A stretch of DNA of 64,000 nt from positions 6,763 to 70,762 of the forward strand of contig CALMUT010000027.1 of the NCBI GenBank assembly GCA_937872925.1, in the 5' to 3' direction. This DNA comes from an uncultured Myxococcales bacterium. GTDB lineage: Bacteria > Myxococcota_A > Polyangia > Polyangiales > Polyangiaceae. Below the pieces are notes generated by a model that saw only the letters and a program-made list of their open reading frames with translations, made no database searches and was not told the origin of the DNA. Position numbers and translations under genes: made by a program. Shown here in pieces: positions 37,043 to 45,941 of this stretch (its first letter is position 1; the number at the start of each line of letters is the position of its first letter).

Positions 37043-37750
37043 TCACCGATGCACATTCTTCAAAGTGACGTGGGCCCGGAGTGCCGCCACGCTGGCTGCT
37101 GTGCTCGAAGCGTTCACGGCACACCACGGGTCTGTGCCGAGTCCGCCTGCGTCCAGCGGTCGGATCTGACCAAAAGCGGTCAGGGTCACCTGCACGTCAC
37201 GAAAAGCGTTGTTTTGCTGCCCACCCGCTTCAGAACCGGGGTTGGGCACGGTCTCGAAGGGCTCCGTCATCTCCACCACGAACACCCCCTGCGCCGCGGA
37301 AGGCAGCCCGGCAACGCCAAGTTTCGGGCCCAAGCTGCCGCTGGTGGCGACGGTCTGATTCTCGATCAGCGCGGTGCCGGACTTCGCGTTCACGCGGTCG
37401 GCGATCTCCGAGATGTACAGCTTGTAACAGGGGATGGGCGTTCCAGCGGCCAGGGGCAGGACGTTCTTGTTGGTCTCGCACACGTCGCTGCCCAGCTGAA
37501 CTTTGTCCAGGTAGCTCTTGGCGGCGCCGTCCCCGAGCTCGGCACTGACGGCGCGCCCGGCAAACTCCGTCAAGAACTGGGTCTGCACCAGCTGGCGGTC
37601 GAAACCCGCGGCTTGATCCACCATGCTGGCCGAGCGCGCCGAAAAGATGCCGATGGCCGTCAGCAGCGTGATCACGAGCAAGACGATGAACACGGAGGCG
37701 CCGCGCTCCGAGCGCCGCTGGCGGCGAGTTTTTAGACCCGCGTTCACCAT
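37043..37750 (-). CDS. pilX: PilX-like minor pilin/pilus assembly protein
   Basis: ERGASVFIVLLVITLLTAIGIF (PilX N-terminal type hydrophobic segment). Gene order. Confidence 0.65.
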   Translation of the reverse strand: MVNAGLKTRRQRRSERGASVFIVLLVITLLTAIGIFSARSASMVDQAAGFDRQLVQTQFLTEFAGRAVSAELGDGAAKSYLDKVQLGSDVCETNKNVLPLAAGTPIPCYKLYISEIADRVNAKSGTALIENQTVATSGSLGPKLGVAGLPSAAQGVFVVEMTEPFETVPNPGSEAGGQQNNAFRDVQVTLTAFGQIRPLDAGGLGTDPWCAVNASSTAASVAALRAHVTLKNVHR

Positions 37751-39036
37751 AGGAGCTCCATCTGATTGTGCAGGGTGATGTCCGCTTGCAGCGTGCGTAC
37801 CCGTGCGTAGGGTGCTCCGGCGCCGTTGTTCCCCAGGGCGATCCGATACAGGCCCGGCGCAATGGGCGTGCCGAGGGCGCCGACGATCGGTGCGTCTCGG
37901 TCCGGCTCACGGGAGCGCACGCTGAGGCGCGCGCGCACGGCGCGGATGCGGTGGGGTCCCTGATTTGGATTGGCCAGCACGCTCACGTCCCCAGCCCAGT
38001 TGGGGATCTGTGCGTCTCCGGGAGCGAAGGTATTGAGCGTTGGATCCGTGTTGTTCAGGAGCGCGTTGATCACCGTCAGGCCCAGCTTGAAGTCGACGGC
38101 ATATTCGGCCACCAGCTCTTCAGTGCCGGCGATGGGCGTGCCGGAGGTATCGAGCTCGACCCGCACCAGATCCGTGCGGTCGCCGTCGAAGTCGGCGCTG
38201 ACCGTGTCGCCATACAGTGGCGCATAGGCCGGGTTGGCGCCGCCGAGATTCGACTCTTTGGACAGATCGCGCAGATCGTACTGGACGAAGTTCACCACGT
38301 TGGCGACGGCGCCGGTCACGTTGCCCTTCAGGCCGCAGGTATTGCCTGCCGTCTGGCGAAAACGGATGCCCGGGTTCTGTGACAGGATCACCTGCGGGAT
38401 CGGTCCGGCGACTGTTGCTTGGATGGTGCCGTACTGCAGCTCGCCGGACACGTCCTGGATGCGCAGTCCGCGGCCCGCGGTGAACACTTCGTTCAACAGC
38501 GCGGCCTGGTCTGCGCTGGCCGCGTAGCCCATGCGCGCCAGGGGGCCGATATTGGCTTGCAGGAATACGATGAAGGTGGCTCCAGTGTCCTGCACGTTCC
38601 AAATCGGGAATTGGTCCACGGAGGAGTAGCTGCCCGAGAGCACGACTGCGTCCGGGGCAAGTCCGTTCGCCGTTAGCGTCGCGTTGGCCGGCGAGCCGCC
38701 CTGGGTGATGCGGATACTAGCTAGCCGGCGATACTCTTGGGTCCAGCTGGGGTCCCCGACGGGGTCGCCGCAAAGGCGCGGATCGCGCCGCACATTCGGG
38801 GTGGTCAGAAAGCCGGCTCGAGCCAGATCCACCCGCAAGCGTTCAAAGCCGACCAGACCCGCCAGGGTCGCGTCCGAGACTCGGGACTCACGCTTGTAGA
38901 AACGCCCGGCGTCCGAGGCCAGCGCAAACACGGCCAGCGCGATGAACATGCCGCCGCTCACGGCCACCATCAGCTCCACCAGGGTGAAGCCGCGGGCTTT
39001 TCGCGAACGGGGCAGAGGGGTCAGGGGTCGCATCAC
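37744..39036 (-). CDS. pilW: PilW-like minor pilin
   Basis: Prepilin N-terminus ARGFTLVELMVAVSGGMFIALAVFAL. Overlaps pilV by 4 nt and pilX by 7 nt. Confidence 0.7.
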   Translation of the reverse strand: MMRPLTPLPRSRKARGFTLVELMVAVSGGMFIALAVFALASDAGRFYKRESRVSDATLAGLVGFERLRVDLARAGFLTTPNVRRDPRLCGDPVGDPSWTQEYRRLASIRITQGGSPANATLTANGLAPDAVVLSGSYSSVDQFPIWNVQDTGATFIVFLQANIGPLARMGYAASADQAALLNEVFTAGRGLRIQDVSGELQYGTIQATVAGPIPQVILSQNPGIRFRQTAGNTCGLKGNVTGAVANVVNFVQYDLRDLSKESNLGGANPAYAPLYGDTVSADFDGDRTDLVRVELDTSGTPIAGTEELVAEYAVDFKLGLTVINALLNNTDPTLNTFAPGDAQIPNWAGDVSVLANPNQGPHRIRAVRARLSVRSREPDRDAPIVGALGTPIAPGLYRIALGNNGAGAPYARVRTLQADITLHNQMELLW

Positions 39037-39626
39037 AGTGCCGTCGCCTGCTTGATGGCCGTGGCCAAATGTACGAAGTGGTAGCGCTCCGCGGCGCCTT
39101 CAATGGCGTTGGGGTCGCTGTTGGGATCGCAGACGTCGAGGCCGTCTACGGTCCCGCCCATGCCCTCACGCACCCAGAACACCCGCACTTCGGCTCGGAC
39201 GAGGCCGTTGCCGGCGGTATCCGGGTACAGCCAGGAAAGCCGGATGTGCGTGCAGTACTGGGCCTGGGGGATTTGCGTATTCGGGACGACGTTGCCCAGC
39301 ACGTCGAAGGCCGGGCCGAAGTCCAGGTTCGCGACGTAGCTAGGGCGGAACCATACGCCCGCGTTGCCCGTTACGTTCACTAGCCAGTTCGTTTGGCCAA
39401 TGTCGGTGGCGGCGTTGCGCGGCGAGGGGTGATTCCAGGCGGCAGCGTCCGAGGCGAGCTGCTCCTGCCAGGCTTGCGCGATATGCGTGGCCACCGACAG
39501 CTCTTTGGCGTGCTGGTTGGCCGCCACGGTCACTTTTTGCATCGCAATCACGCCGGTGACGCCGATGGCGAAGATCGTGACGGCGATCAAGAGCTCGATG
39601 AGGGTGTATCCGCGCTGGGCTTTCAT
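39033..39626 (-). CDS. pilV: PilV-like minor pilin
   Basis: Start at ATG 39626 (MKAQRGYTLIELLIAVTIFAIGVTGVIAMQ), overlapping the upstream stop (ATGA). Confidence 0.75.
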   Translation of the reverse strand: MKAQRGYTLIELLIAVTIFAIGVTGVIAMQKVTVAANQHAKELSVATHIAQAWQEQLASDAAAWNHPSPRNAATDIGQTNWLVNVTGNAGVWFRPSYVANLDFGPAFDVLGNVVPNTQIPQAQYCTHIRLSWLYPDTAGNGLVRAEVRVFWVREGMGGTVDGLDVCDPNSDPNAIEGAAERYHFVHLATAIKQATAL

Positions 39627-40312
39627 GGCGGTGCTCCCACGGCGGGTCCGCCTCGCGCGTGGCCGTTTGGCAGCACCAGCACCGTGCGTCCGAGACCCAG
39701 CCGCGTGCCGCCGCCATTCTGCCGTGTCACGTTGACCCGAGACACGCCGGTCAGCGGAGTGAAGGGGCCAACCTGGTTGAAGCGCACGAAGGCGCGACCC
39801 AGGGGCGTGAAACAGATGTCCATCTGCGGTTGGACGCCGCCGTTCAGTGGGGGCGGGCCCTCCATATCGAGGTAGATCGAGTCCCACTCCGAGCGGTTGG
39901 CCGGGTCGAACTGCGTGATCAGCTTGTTGTCGTTGTTACCGCCGTCGACCCAGCTGTTGGTGCAGCTCGAAACCGGCAGCTGCTCGCAGTTGGGATCCCC
40001 TCCGCCGGCCTGGCCGCGCAACGCTCCTCGGAGCTGCCCCCGACCCTGCGGGGTGGCGGTGCCGTCAAAGCGAACCAGCACGGCCCCGCCCCGGGCCATG
40101 GCCCGCATGCGGGCATTGCGGTAGAGGGCGCCGACCTCGAGGGCGGCATTTTGGACCCGACGGTCCCGCAGGGTGTTCAAAACCGACGGGATCGCCAGAA
40201 CGGCGAGCACGGCAATGATGATCACCACCACCACCAGCTCAAGCAGCGTGAACCCCCGCTGCTGCGCAAGCAGCGGCCGGATTGGCCTGGTCTGTCGCTT
40301 TGGATACACCAC
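39623..40312 (-). CDS. GspH/FimT/FimU-like minor pilin
   Basis: QQRGFTLLELVVVVIIIAVLAVLAIPS followed by a GspH-type segment (RRVQNAALEVGALYRNARMRAMARG). The true start may be the internal CTG at 40276-40274, giving a short MLAQQRG leader. Confidence 0.7.
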   Translation of the reverse strand: MVYPKRQTRPIRPLLAQQRGFTLLELVVVVIIIAVLAVLAIPSVLNTLRDRRVQNAALEVGALYRNARMRAMARGGAVLVRFDGTATPQGRGQLRGALRGQAGGGDPNCEQLPVSSCTNSWVDGGNNDNKLITQFDPANRSEWDSIYLDMEGPPPLNGGVQPQMDICFTPLGRAFVRFNQVGPFTPLTGVSRVNVTRQNGGGTRLGLGRTVLVLPNGHARGGPAVGAPP

Positions 40313-40328
40313 CGAGAGAGTCGTTTGA

Positions 40329-40342
40329 GCAAGGGTTGTGCC
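40329..40342 (-). promoter_or_regulatory. candidate sigma-54 (-24/-12) promoter for the minor-pilin operon
   Basis: The minus strand reads CCGGCACAACCCTTGCT. GG and GC are separated by exactly 10 nt, matching YTGGCACGrNNNTTGCW at 11 of 13 specified positions. It ends ~17 nt upstream of the annotated GTG start. Confidence 0.4.
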
Positions 40343-40517
40343 GGGCGGGTGGAACCAAGGCGCCCGGTATTTGCAGGCTTTTTGCCCAGGCGCTGCGCGC
40401 AGCCCGGTAAGGATTGCGACGCTATGTAATCATTGCGGAGCGCGGGGCTGCCGGCCCGCTGGCCGGATCTCCGTCGGACAATTGCGTGATCTCGGCCGGC
40501 GTTCTATTCGAAGCCCC

Positions 40518-41633
40518 ATGCGTGCACCTCTTCCGACCCTGTTTCTGTGCTGCGTCGCCCTGCTCGGCTGCGACAAAAAAGAAGGCCTCGAAAAAGAGCA
40601 GGGAGCGGCGCCTCCTCCGATAGCAAGTACCAAACCCGGCGCCTGCGCTGGCGGTGGCGGCAAGGTCGCCGACCCGGTCAGCGCGGCGTTCTTCCCTCGC
40701 GTCGCTGGCAGCTACTGCGTCGACCCGAACGGGGAGACCCGAGCCTTCGGAGAGGGCGCAAGCGGGTCCCTGGACAAGGTCTGCACGGAGCTCTTCGACG
40801 GCGAATGCGAAGTCTACAAGCAGTTCGGCCTCCAGCGGGTGGTGACGTTGCGTTACATCGACGGCAGCGGATCCCCCGGAGCCGTGAACGTGAATCTGAG
40901 TCGCTTCGCGACCCGTGAGGGCGCGTACGGCTTCTTCACGAAGCGCGTCATCGCCGACGGCGATCCCCTCGAGGTCGCCCCCGCTGCCCTCGAGGCGGGA
41001 ACGGCGGCGGCCCTGGGGACCGGGATCGCGTACGTGGGGCGCGGACAGCACGTCGCTGAACTCTCCTATACGAACGAACTTGAGTCGCCGGATCAACTCA
41101 AGACCAGCAGTCAGAAAGTGCTGCCGCCCTTGGGCAAGGACATGGGCGAAAAACTGCCGGGGGACAAAGGGTTCCCCAAACCCGTCACGGCGCTGCCAAC
41201 GGAAAAGCGAGTCGCGATGGGCGTGGCATTCATCTCTGGGGATTTGCTCGACGTTTCCGGCGCCGGCCCCGGGGCGCTCGGATATTACAAGGACGGCGAG
41301 CGGCGCTACCGTGTCCTGAGCGCCGAACGCGCCGACGAAGCGGGAGCTAAGGACGTGCTCAAAACGCTGCGCAAGCTCGACGGGGCCAAGGGCGTCAAAG
41401 GCGTGCTCTACGACGCCGTGAGCTTTACGCGCAAAGCGGACGATCAAAGCCCGGCGGTGGCCTGGGTGGTCGGTCGACATGAGGGCAAGCTGTTTGGAGT
41501 CGGTGACGAGGAACAGGTACTCAGCTCCGATCAGAGCGCAGAGGAAGCGGCGAAGTTGAAGCTGAGCGCAGACGAAAAAATGACAATGCTCAGCGCACTG
41601 ATCGAGGCCGCCAAGACCCCGGCATCGCCGTAG
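40518..41633 (+). CDS. hypothetical lipoprotein (371 aa)
   Basis: Start at ATG 40518: MRAPLPTLFLCCVALLGC lipobox. No family recognised. Confidence 0.6.
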   Translation: MRAPLPTLFLCCVALLGCDKKEGLEKEQGAAPPPIASTKPGACAGGGGKVADPVSAAFFPRVAGSYCVDPNGETRAFGEGASGSLDKVCTELFDGECEVYKQFGLQRVVTLRYIDGSGSPGAVNVNLSRFATREGAYGFFTKRVIADGDPLEVAPAALEAGTAAALGTGIAYVGRGQHVAELSYTNELESPDQLKTSSQKVLPPLGKDMGEKLPGDKGFPKPVTALPTEKRVAMGVAFISGDLLDVSGAGPGALGYYKDGERRYRVLSAERADEAGAKDVLKTLRKLDGAKGVKGVLYDAVSFTRKADDQSPAVAWVVGRHEGKLFGVGDEEQVLSSDQSAEEAAKLKLSADEKMTMLSALIEAAKTPASP

Positions 41634-41733
41634 TTTTTCCGCGCTGTTTGCGAATTGGTTCAACCTGCTCGGAGGCCTGCGAGCGGTGCGGGCACGACCG
41701 CGCAATGGAGGCATTCGTGCGCCAAATCCGTGG

Positions 41734-41758
41734 TAGTGGGCAGACCACTATTTTTCTT
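41734..41758 (+). terminator. weak candidate intrinsic terminator
   Basis: TAGTGG-GCAGA-CCACTA (6-bp stem) followed by TTTTTCTT, ~100 nt after the lipoprotein stop. Confidence 0.3.
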
Positions 41759-41781
41759 CCACAAGAGCAAGCAGGTGTCCC

Positions 41782-42927
41782 GTGGATTTCGAACTACCTG
41801 AGCCCCATCGCATTCTGCGCCAGTCCGTGCGGGAGTTTTGCGAAAGAGAAGTGCGCCCGCATGCGCGCGGCTGGGATGAAGAAGAACGCTTCCCGCAGGA
41901 GTTAGTGCCCAAGCTGGCGGGAATGGGCCTGCTCGGGATCCGCATCCCCGAGGAGTACGGCGGCGCCGGAATGGACACTTTGGCCTATGCGCTCTGCGTC
42001 GAGGAATGCGCCCGTGTGGATGGCTCCCTTGCACTCACCGTGGCGAGCCACAACGGTCTGGGCACCGGTCACATCCTGGCGTTCGGCAATGACGAGCAGA
42101 AGCGTCGTTATCTCGAGAAGGCCGCGACGGGCGAGTGGCTCGCGGCGTGGGCGTTGACGGAACCAGGCAGCGGGTCCGACAGCGCGGGTCTGCTCACCAC
42201 GGCGGTTCGTGACGGCAGCGACTGGGTCTTGAACGGCACCAAGATGTTCATCACCCAGGGCTCTGTTGGCGGATTCTGTGTGGTGTTGGCGCGGAGCAAC
42301 GTGGACGTGCCAGCAAGTCGCGGGATCACGGCCTTCATTGTCGATCGCGGGACGCCAGGTTTTTCCGCCTCGAAGAAGCTGGAAAAGTACGGCTGCCGCT
42401 CGAGCGACACCGTGGAGCTGTCCTTAGAAAACGTGCGCGTCAGCGACAGCCAGCGTCTCGGCGAGGTGGACTCCGGCTTCTACGACACCATGCAAATTCT
42501 CGATCGCGGGCGCATCTCCATCGCTGCCATGGCACTCGGGCTGGGTCGTGGCGCGCTGCGCTTGGCGCTGGCCTACGCCAAAGAACGAACGGCGTTTGGC
42601 AAACCGATTGCGGACTTTCAAGCCATTCAGTGGAAGCTTGCGGACGCCGGCACGAATCTAGACGCAGCGGAACTTCTGATTCATCGTGCCGCGTGGAAGT
42701 GTGACCGGGGCGAGCCGTATTCCTCCGAGGCGTCCATGGCGAAGTTGTTCGCCAGCGAGGCGGCGACCGCAGCGTGCAACGACGCGGTGCAGATCCATGG
42801 CGGCTACGGCTACACCCGCGAGTACGAGGTGGAGCGGTTCTTACGCGACGTGAAGATCTGCGAGATCGGTGAAGGCACCAGCGAAATCCAGCGCATGGTG
42901 ATCTCGAAGCATATGCTGCGCGCCTGA
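41782..42927 (+). CDS. acyl-CoA dehydrogenase (short/branched-chain type)
   Basis: GTG start. ALTEPGSGSDSAG, WVLNGTKMFITQG, QIHGGYGYTREYEVERFLRDVKICEIGEGTSEIQRMVI. Confidence 0.9.
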   Translation: MDFELPEPHRILRQSVREFCEREVRPHARGWDEEERFPQELVPKLAGMGLLGIRIPEEYGGAGMDTLAYALCVEECARVDGSLALTVASHNGLGTGHILAFGNDEQKRRYLEKAATGEWLAAWALTEPGSGSDSAGLLTTAVRDGSDWVLNGTKMFITQGSVGGFCVVLARSNVDVPASRGITAFIVDRGTPGFSASKKLEKYGCRSSDTVELSLENVRVSDSQRLGEVDSGFYDTMQILDRGRISIAAMALGLGRGALRLALAYAKERTAFGKPIADFQAIQWKLADAGTNLDAAELLIHRAAWKCDRGEPYSSEASMAKLFASEAATAACNDAVQIHGGYGYTREYEVERFLRDVKICEIGEGTSEIQRMVISKHMLRA

Positions 42928-42931
42928 GCGC

Positions 42932-43471
42932 CTACTCGGTGCGCTGGATGATGTGGTAGCCGAAGGGGGACTCCACCACTTCGCTGATTTCGCCCGGATC
43001 CAAGGCAAAGGCGACGTTCTCGAATTCGCGCACCATGACGCCCCGGGGGAACTTGCCGAGGCTCCCGCCGCGTCCCGGCGCGCCGGGTTCGTCGGAATAC
43101 TCACGCACAAGCTCGGTGAAGTCCTCGCCGGCCTTGGCGCGCGCCAAGGCTTCGTCGGCCAAGCTACGGGCCTCTTCCTTGCTGCGGGTCACGCTCGCCG
43201 GCGCTCGCATGCCGCCCCGGTACATCACCAGTATGTGGCGAGCGGCAATGGTTTCAGCGCCCGCGCCCGCCGTCGTCGTCGGACCGTCGGTCTCGGGCAG
43301 GGGAGTGCCCAGCGGCGGCCAGATGGGCTTGCTCGCGCCCCGCGGAGGTTCGTGCACACCCTCGTGGGTCGTGATCACGCAGCCACTGAGGGAAAGCAGC
43401 CATGCCGCGAGCAGGGCGGCTGCGCCGAGCCCGCGGGGGCGCGGCACGTGGCGCTGTGGAGTTGTCTTCAC
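42932..43471 (-). CDS. parvulin-type peptidyl-prolyl isomerase, lipoprotein
   Basis: Lipobox LSLSGC. ARHILVMY...GGSLGKFPRGVMVREFENVAF...SPFGYHIIQR. Confidence 0.85.
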   Translation of the reverse strand: MKTTPQRHVPRPRGLGAAALLAAWLLSLSGCVITTHEGVHEPPRGASKPIWPPLGTPLPETDGPTTTAGAGAETIAARHILVMYRGGMRAPASVTRSKEEARSLADEALARAKAGEDFTELVREYSDEPGAPGRGGSLGKFPRGVMVREFENVAFALDPGEISEVVESPFGYHIIQRTE

Positions 43472-43480
43472 TCAGCTCAC

Positions 43481-44236
43481 CTATTCCGTACGCTTGATGA
43501 CGTGGTAGCCGAAGGGCGTCTCCACTAGGCCGGAGACTTCGCCGACCTTCAGAGCGAAGGCAGCGTCGCTAAACGGCTTGACCATTTTTTCGGGCGTGAA
43601 ATTGCCCAGCTTGCCAAAGCCCGTCTTGGCGCCGGGTTCGTCCGAATACTCTGCCGCCAACTGGTCGAAGTTTGCGCCCGACTTGGCCTTCTTCAGGGCT
43701 TCCTCGGCGCGTGTCTTGGCTTCGTCCTTGCTGCGCGTGATGCTCGACGGCGCGCGGGCAGAGCCGGCGTATTGCACGAGCAAATGTTGCGCCGATACAG
43801 ACGCGGGCTTTGCCGTGTCGACGTCGACGGACTCGGTGCTGGCAGCGACGCTTGCGTCTGCCGAGCCGGGTTTCTTGGTTGAAAAGAATCCCGCCGCACC
43901 CATGGCGCCGACGGCGATCAGTCCGATCATGACCGCCCAGGGCAGCCAATCCGGCAGGCCATCGTCGGGCTCCTGAGCCCGAGCGGGTCGCCGCTCGCTC
44001 TCTTCGTCTTCGTCCGGCTCTTCGTCTTCGTCTTCGTCCTCGTCTTCGTCCGGCTCTTCGCCTTCGTCTTCGTCTTCGTCTTCGTCTTCGTCCGGCTCTT
44101 CGCCTTCGTCTTCGTCTTCGTCTTCGTCGTCTGAAGCGTCGTCCTGGTCCTCGCCTTTGGCGTCAGACTTCCACGGCGGGTCGTCCTGGTCGTCGTCGAT
44201 GGGCAATTTCGGCTCGTCTTTGTTCTTTTTCGCCAT
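43481..44236 (-). CDS. parvulin-type peptidyl-prolyl isomerase with acidic repeat N-terminus and TM anchor
   Basis: ~100-aa D/E-rich N-terminus, TM ([19 protein letters not shown]), then AQHLLVQY...[10 protein letters not shown]. Confidence 0.85.
   Translation of the reverse strand: MAKKNKDEPKLPIDDDQDDPPWKSDAKGEDQDDASDDEDEDEDEGEEPDEDEDEDEDEGEEPDEDEDEDEDEEPDEDEESERRPARAQEPDDGLPDWLPWAVMIGLIAVGAMGAAGFFSTKKPGSADASVAASTESVDVDTAKPASVSAQHLLVQYAGSARAPSSITRSKDEAKTRAEEALKKAKSGANFDQLAAEYSDEPGAKTGFGKLGNFTPEKMVKPFSDAAFALKVGEVSGLVETPFGYHVIKRTE
44002..44130. repeat. in-frame ~42-nt tandem repeat encoding (D/E)n-GEEP units
   Basis: cgtccggctcttcgccttcgtcttcgtcttcgtcttcgtctt occurs twice in tandem, plus a partial copy. 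It encodes [12 protein letters not shown] repeats of the parvulin at 43481-44236. Confidence 0.8.
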
Positions 44237-44245
44237 GTTGCTTCG

Positions 44246-45085
44246 TCACGCTTTCAGTTTGGCCCAGGCGTTCGTGATCACCGCGTCCGGGCGTCCACCG
44301 GCGTACGCCGCGATCGCCAGCGTGGTCTCGTCCACCCGGGACATTTCGGTCCGTACGGTCTCCCCCGGCCAGACCGGCTTGCGAAATTGCACGCCAAGTT
44401 CGACCAGGCGATTGGCGTCGCCGTCCAGCCACTGCTGCGTGACCGCCCGGGCGACAAAACCATAGGTCGCCAGTCCGTGCAGGATGGGCCCCTGGGGAAA
44501 CCCGACCATCTTCGCGAAGTCCGGATCGGCGTGGAGCGGATTCAGATCCCCCGACAACCGGTAGAGCAGCGCCTGCTCGGGCAGGGTCGTCTCCTCGTGT
44601 ACCTTGTCGGCGTCACCCTTGGGACTCGCCGGGATTTCGGTCTTCGGGGGTGGCGGGCCACCGAAGCTGCCCGCGCCGCGAAATAGGATCGCCCACTCGG
44701 TATCGAAGCAAGGCTCACCTTTGACGCTTGTCTTGGTCTCAACCACCACCTGGGCCATCTTTTTCATGTCGTAGATGCCCTTGATAGTCCCGACCGTCGA
44801 GAGCGTGCCCTCGCTCGGGATCGGTCGGTGCACCCGCACGATTTGCCCGCCGTGCACGACCATCGCCAGATCGCCTTTGGTCTTGGCCAGCACGTCACCG
44901 ATGACGGGCAACACCGGAACCACGGCAAAGGTGGGGTAAACCTTGGGACCCTTGGATTCGTAAAGATAGTCCAGCTCGTCGCGCTTTGCGCCGATCCCGA
45001 GGGCGTACAACACGACCGTTTTCCAGTCGTAGGTGAATTCGTGGGCCTGTGTTTGGTAGCCCGCTGTGGAGACATCCAAGCTCAT
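44246..45085 (-). CDS. MaoC-family (R)-specific enoyl-CoA hydratase, double hot-dog
   Basis: LYRLSGDLNPLHADPDFAKMVGFPQGPILHGLATYGF. The 279-aa two-lobe layout resembles the hydratase-2 domain of MFE-2. Confidence 0.8.
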   Translation of the reverse strand: MSLDVSTAGYQTQAHEFTYDWKTVVLYALGIGAKRDELDYLYESKGPKVYPTFAVVPVLPVIGDVLAKTKGDLAMVVHGGQIVRVHRPIPSEGTLSTVGTIKGIYDMKKMAQVVVETKTSVKGEPCFDTEWAILFRGAGSFGGPPPPKTEIPASPKGDADKVHEETTLPEQALLYRLSGDLNPLHADPDFAKMVGFPQGPILHGLATYGFVARAVTQQWLDGDANRLVELGVQFRKPVWPGETVRTEMSRVDETTLAIAAYAGGRPDAVITNAWAKLKA

Positions 45086-45203
45086 CGTCTGCTCCGTTCT
45101 GTGGTCAGGGCCACCGGTTACTGGCCCGCCGCCTTGTCGTCAATCGCTGAACAACGCCCCGGGTTGACGCCGCGCGGAGGGGTGGGGGAGCGTCGGGGAA
45201 ATC

Positions 45204-45932
45204 GTGGCGCCCGGTGTCCTTTCTATCGCTTTCGATCTCGCTCAAGACCTGGGCGTCGATTTGCCCGCCTGGGGACTGGCGTGGGCTCGAACCGCTCCGA
45301 CGATCATCCTGGTGCCCGCCTTCGGATTGCGCGCCATCCCGGCGCCAGCCCGGGCCATGCTGGGTTTGGTGATCGCCGCCGCCGTTGCGCCAGCGATAGC
45401 CGTGACGCGCGATCCAAGTCTGCCCTGGGCGCTCGCAGCCGCCTACGAAGGGCTGCGTGGGGTGCCCGTGGCGATCGGAGCAGCCGCCGCGCTCTGGGCC
45501 GCCAGTCAAGCGGGTGGATTGGTGGACAACCTACGCGGCGGACGTGAACAGGCGAGTCTGCCCAACGTCGAATCCGGCAGCACACCCACGGGCGCCATGC
45601 TGTCCATGCTGATCGCCGTTGCGTTTCTGGAAGGTGGCGGTGCCAGCAAGGTGGCCCAGGCGTTGATTCGGGCAGATCAAGATGTCGAGCACGCATTCTC
45701 GCGGGCGGTGGTCACGCTGTTGGCCAGCATCGAGGTCTCCATTGCGGTTGCAGCGCCGGTTATCGCGGCATCGATCGTGTTGGAAGTTGCGAGCGCGCTC
45801 GTCTCCCGCGCTGCAAGTCCAGCGTACCTCCAGCCGCTGCTCGCTCCCTTGAAAAGCCTGGCCATTCTCGGAGTGTTTGCGCTGATTCTTGAACGCGTGG
45901 TCGAACTCCTCGCCATCGCGAGCTTGAGCTGA
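45204..45932 (+). CDS. SctT/FliR-family type III export-gate protein homologue (orphan)
   Basis: ARTAPTIILVPAFGLRAIPAPARAMLGLVIAAAVAP; EGLRGVPVAIGAAAALWAASQAGGLVDNLRGG...STPTGAMLSMLIAVAFLEGGG; AAPVIAASIVLEVASALVSRAASPAYLQPLLAPLKSLAIL. These are collinear with the conserved blocks of YscT/FliR (Bac_export_1) as I recall them. Confidence 0.65.
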   Translation: MAPGVLSIAFDLAQDLGVDLPAWGLAWARTAPTIILVPAFGLRAIPAPARAMLGLVIAAAVAPAIAVTRDPSLPWALAAAYEGLRGVPVAIGAAAALWAASQAGGLVDNLRGGREQASLPNVESGSTPTGAMLSMLIAVAFLEGGGASKVAQALIRADQDVEHAFSRAVVTLLASIEVSIAVAAPVIAASIVLEVASALVSRAASPAYLQPLLAPLKSLAILGVFALILERVVELLAIASLS

Positions 45933-45941
45933 CGTCGGCGC

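Noticed and set aside
44002-44130. Tandem repeats at 44002-44130, 51275-51322 and 56071-56160, considered as possible CRISPR or other non-coding arrays.
   Set aside because: All are in frame within good ORFs and encode low-complexity peptide (D/E-rich, poly-Asp, HAHGG). There are no unique spacers, and the periods are 42, 3 and 15 nt, so none is CRISPR-like.
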